From the NCBI RefSeq assembly GCF_004010195.1, contig NC_057720.1:8486164-8550163 (forward strand): 64,000 nt of DNA, written 5' to 3'. The notes below the pieces were generated by a model. The model did not search any database, had not been told where the DNA came from, and saw only the letters and a program-made list of their open reading frames with translations. The translations under genes were made by a program, and so were the position numbers. The DNA is from Chiloscyllium plagiosum. Taxonomy: Eukaryota. Below, piece after piece: positions 62,583 through 64,000 of this stretch. The number at the start of each line of letters is the position of its first letter. Position 1 is the stretch's first letter.

Positions 62583-63310
62583 TGGTTGAAGGAAGGGCGT
62601 GATGATTGGCAACTAAATGTTCCAGGATATAGACGCTTCAGACAGGACAGGGAGGGAGGTAAAAGGGGGGGGGGGGGGTGGAGTTACATTGCTGGTCAGG
62701 GACGATATCACGGCTATGCTAAAGAAGCACACTATGGAGGGCTTGGGTAGTGAGGCATTATGGGTGGAGCTGAGAAATAAGAAAGGTGACGTTACATTGT
62801 TGGGGCTGTATTACAAATCTCCCAACAGTGAGTGTGAAGTAGAAGAACAAATAGGTAAACAGATTATGAATCGATGTAGAGGCAGTAGGGTAGGGGTGAT
62901 GGGAGATTTTAATTTTCCCAACATTGACTGGGATATACTTAGCGTCAGAGGTCGGATGGAGTAGAATTTCTACGAAGTGTCCAGGAGAGTTTTATAGAGC
63001 AGTATGTCAATAGTCCGATGAGGGAAGGGGCCATATTGGAGCTGGTACTGGGGAACGAGCCAGGACAAGTGGGTGAAGTTGCGGTGGGGATTTCTTTGGG
63101 AACAGTGACCACAATTCTGTAAGTTTTAGAATACTCATAGATAAAGAAGAGAGTGGTCCTAAGGGAAGAGTACTAAACTGGGCCAAGGCCGATTATATCA
63201 AAATTAGGCAGGAGCTGGGAAATGTGGATTGGACACAGCTATTTGAAGGGAAGTCCACATTTGAGATGTGGGAGGCTTTCAAAGATAGGTTAACGGAAGT
63301 GCAGGATAGG
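62583..63310 (+). mobile_element. CR1 ORF2 endonuclease fragment
   Basis: GGGVTLLV..EALWVELRNKKG..GLYYKSPN..VMGDFNFPNIDW (APE domain), SDH motif downstream. Confidence 0.9.
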
Positions 63311-63659
63311 CACACACACACACAAACACACATCCACAAATCGAATCATAGAATCCCAACAGTATGGAATAAGGCCAGTTGGCCCTTTGTGTCCACTCTG
63401 ACCTTCCAAAGAGCATCCTATCCATTCCCATCCCACCCCCACCCTCACCACCACCATATCCCCGTAGTCCTGCATTTCCCATGGCCAATGCACTCAACAT
63501 GCACATGTTTGCACTGGGAATTTGTCCTCCATGTTCTGACAATATTTGATCTGTTTATGGTGCTGCTAAAGGAGCAGCAGTAAATCACAGCCTCCAGTCA
63601 TTCAGTCCATACAGGATTCCTTTGAAAATTTGACAGTGCTGTTACACAATCACATTGGT

Positions 63660-64000
63660 CAGAGAGTCACAGAATGTACAGCACGGAAACATACCCTTTG
63701 GTCCAACCTGTCCATGCTGACCAGATATCCCAACTCAATCTAGTCCCACCTGCCAGCACCTGGCCCATATCCCTCTAAACCCTTCCTATTCATATACCCA
63801 TCCAGATGCCTTTTAAGTGTTGCAATTGTACCAGCCTCCACCACACCCTCTGGCAGCTCATTCCATACACGTACCACCCTCTGCATGAAAACATTGCCCC
63901 TTAGGTCTTTTATATCTTTCCCCTCTCACCCTAAACCTTTGCCCTCTAGTTCTGGACTCCCCGACCCCAGGGAAAAGACTTTGCCCTATTTACCCTATCC
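63660..64000 (-). mobile_element. CR1 (HER1-like) 3' end, runs off the window
   Basis: Reverse complement closely matches 39900-40226. Confidence 0.9.

Overview
Eukaryotic, repeat-dense, essentially non-coding DNA, very probably from a shark. The basis is HE1/V-SINE-like SINEs that share a 3' tail with HER1/CR1-type LINEs, plus Deu-domain SINEs and Penelope-like elements; this is pattern recognition, not a database search. No host protein-coding gene could be recognised. Almost every ORF in the track is a decayed CR1 ORF2 piece, a Penelope RT/GIY-YIG piece, or an antisense or chance frame. The window is a nested mosaic of CR1 LINEs, a second CR1/L2-group LINE, L2, at least four tRNA-derived SINE families, solo LTRs, Tc1/mariner-type MITEs and Penelope-like elements (PLEs). 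Main points of interest: (1) many short PLE-derived insertions with 10-15 bp target-site duplications carry minimal hammerhead ribozyme cores of three sequence families, often head-to-head as palindromes, and one is a 304-bp tandem. (2) A ~0.9 kb non-autonomous retroposon-like element has an internal 30-bp VNTR containing six consensus NF-kB sites. (3) A heavily decayed DDE integrase-core (IS3EU-like) transposase relic lies at ~40.2-41.1 kb. (4) There is a candidate 27-nt frame-preserving microexon at 772-798, and several repeat-free islands look like enhancers. One assembly gap lies at 24179-24312. Repeat boundaries are read by eye and approximate unless a TSD is quoted.
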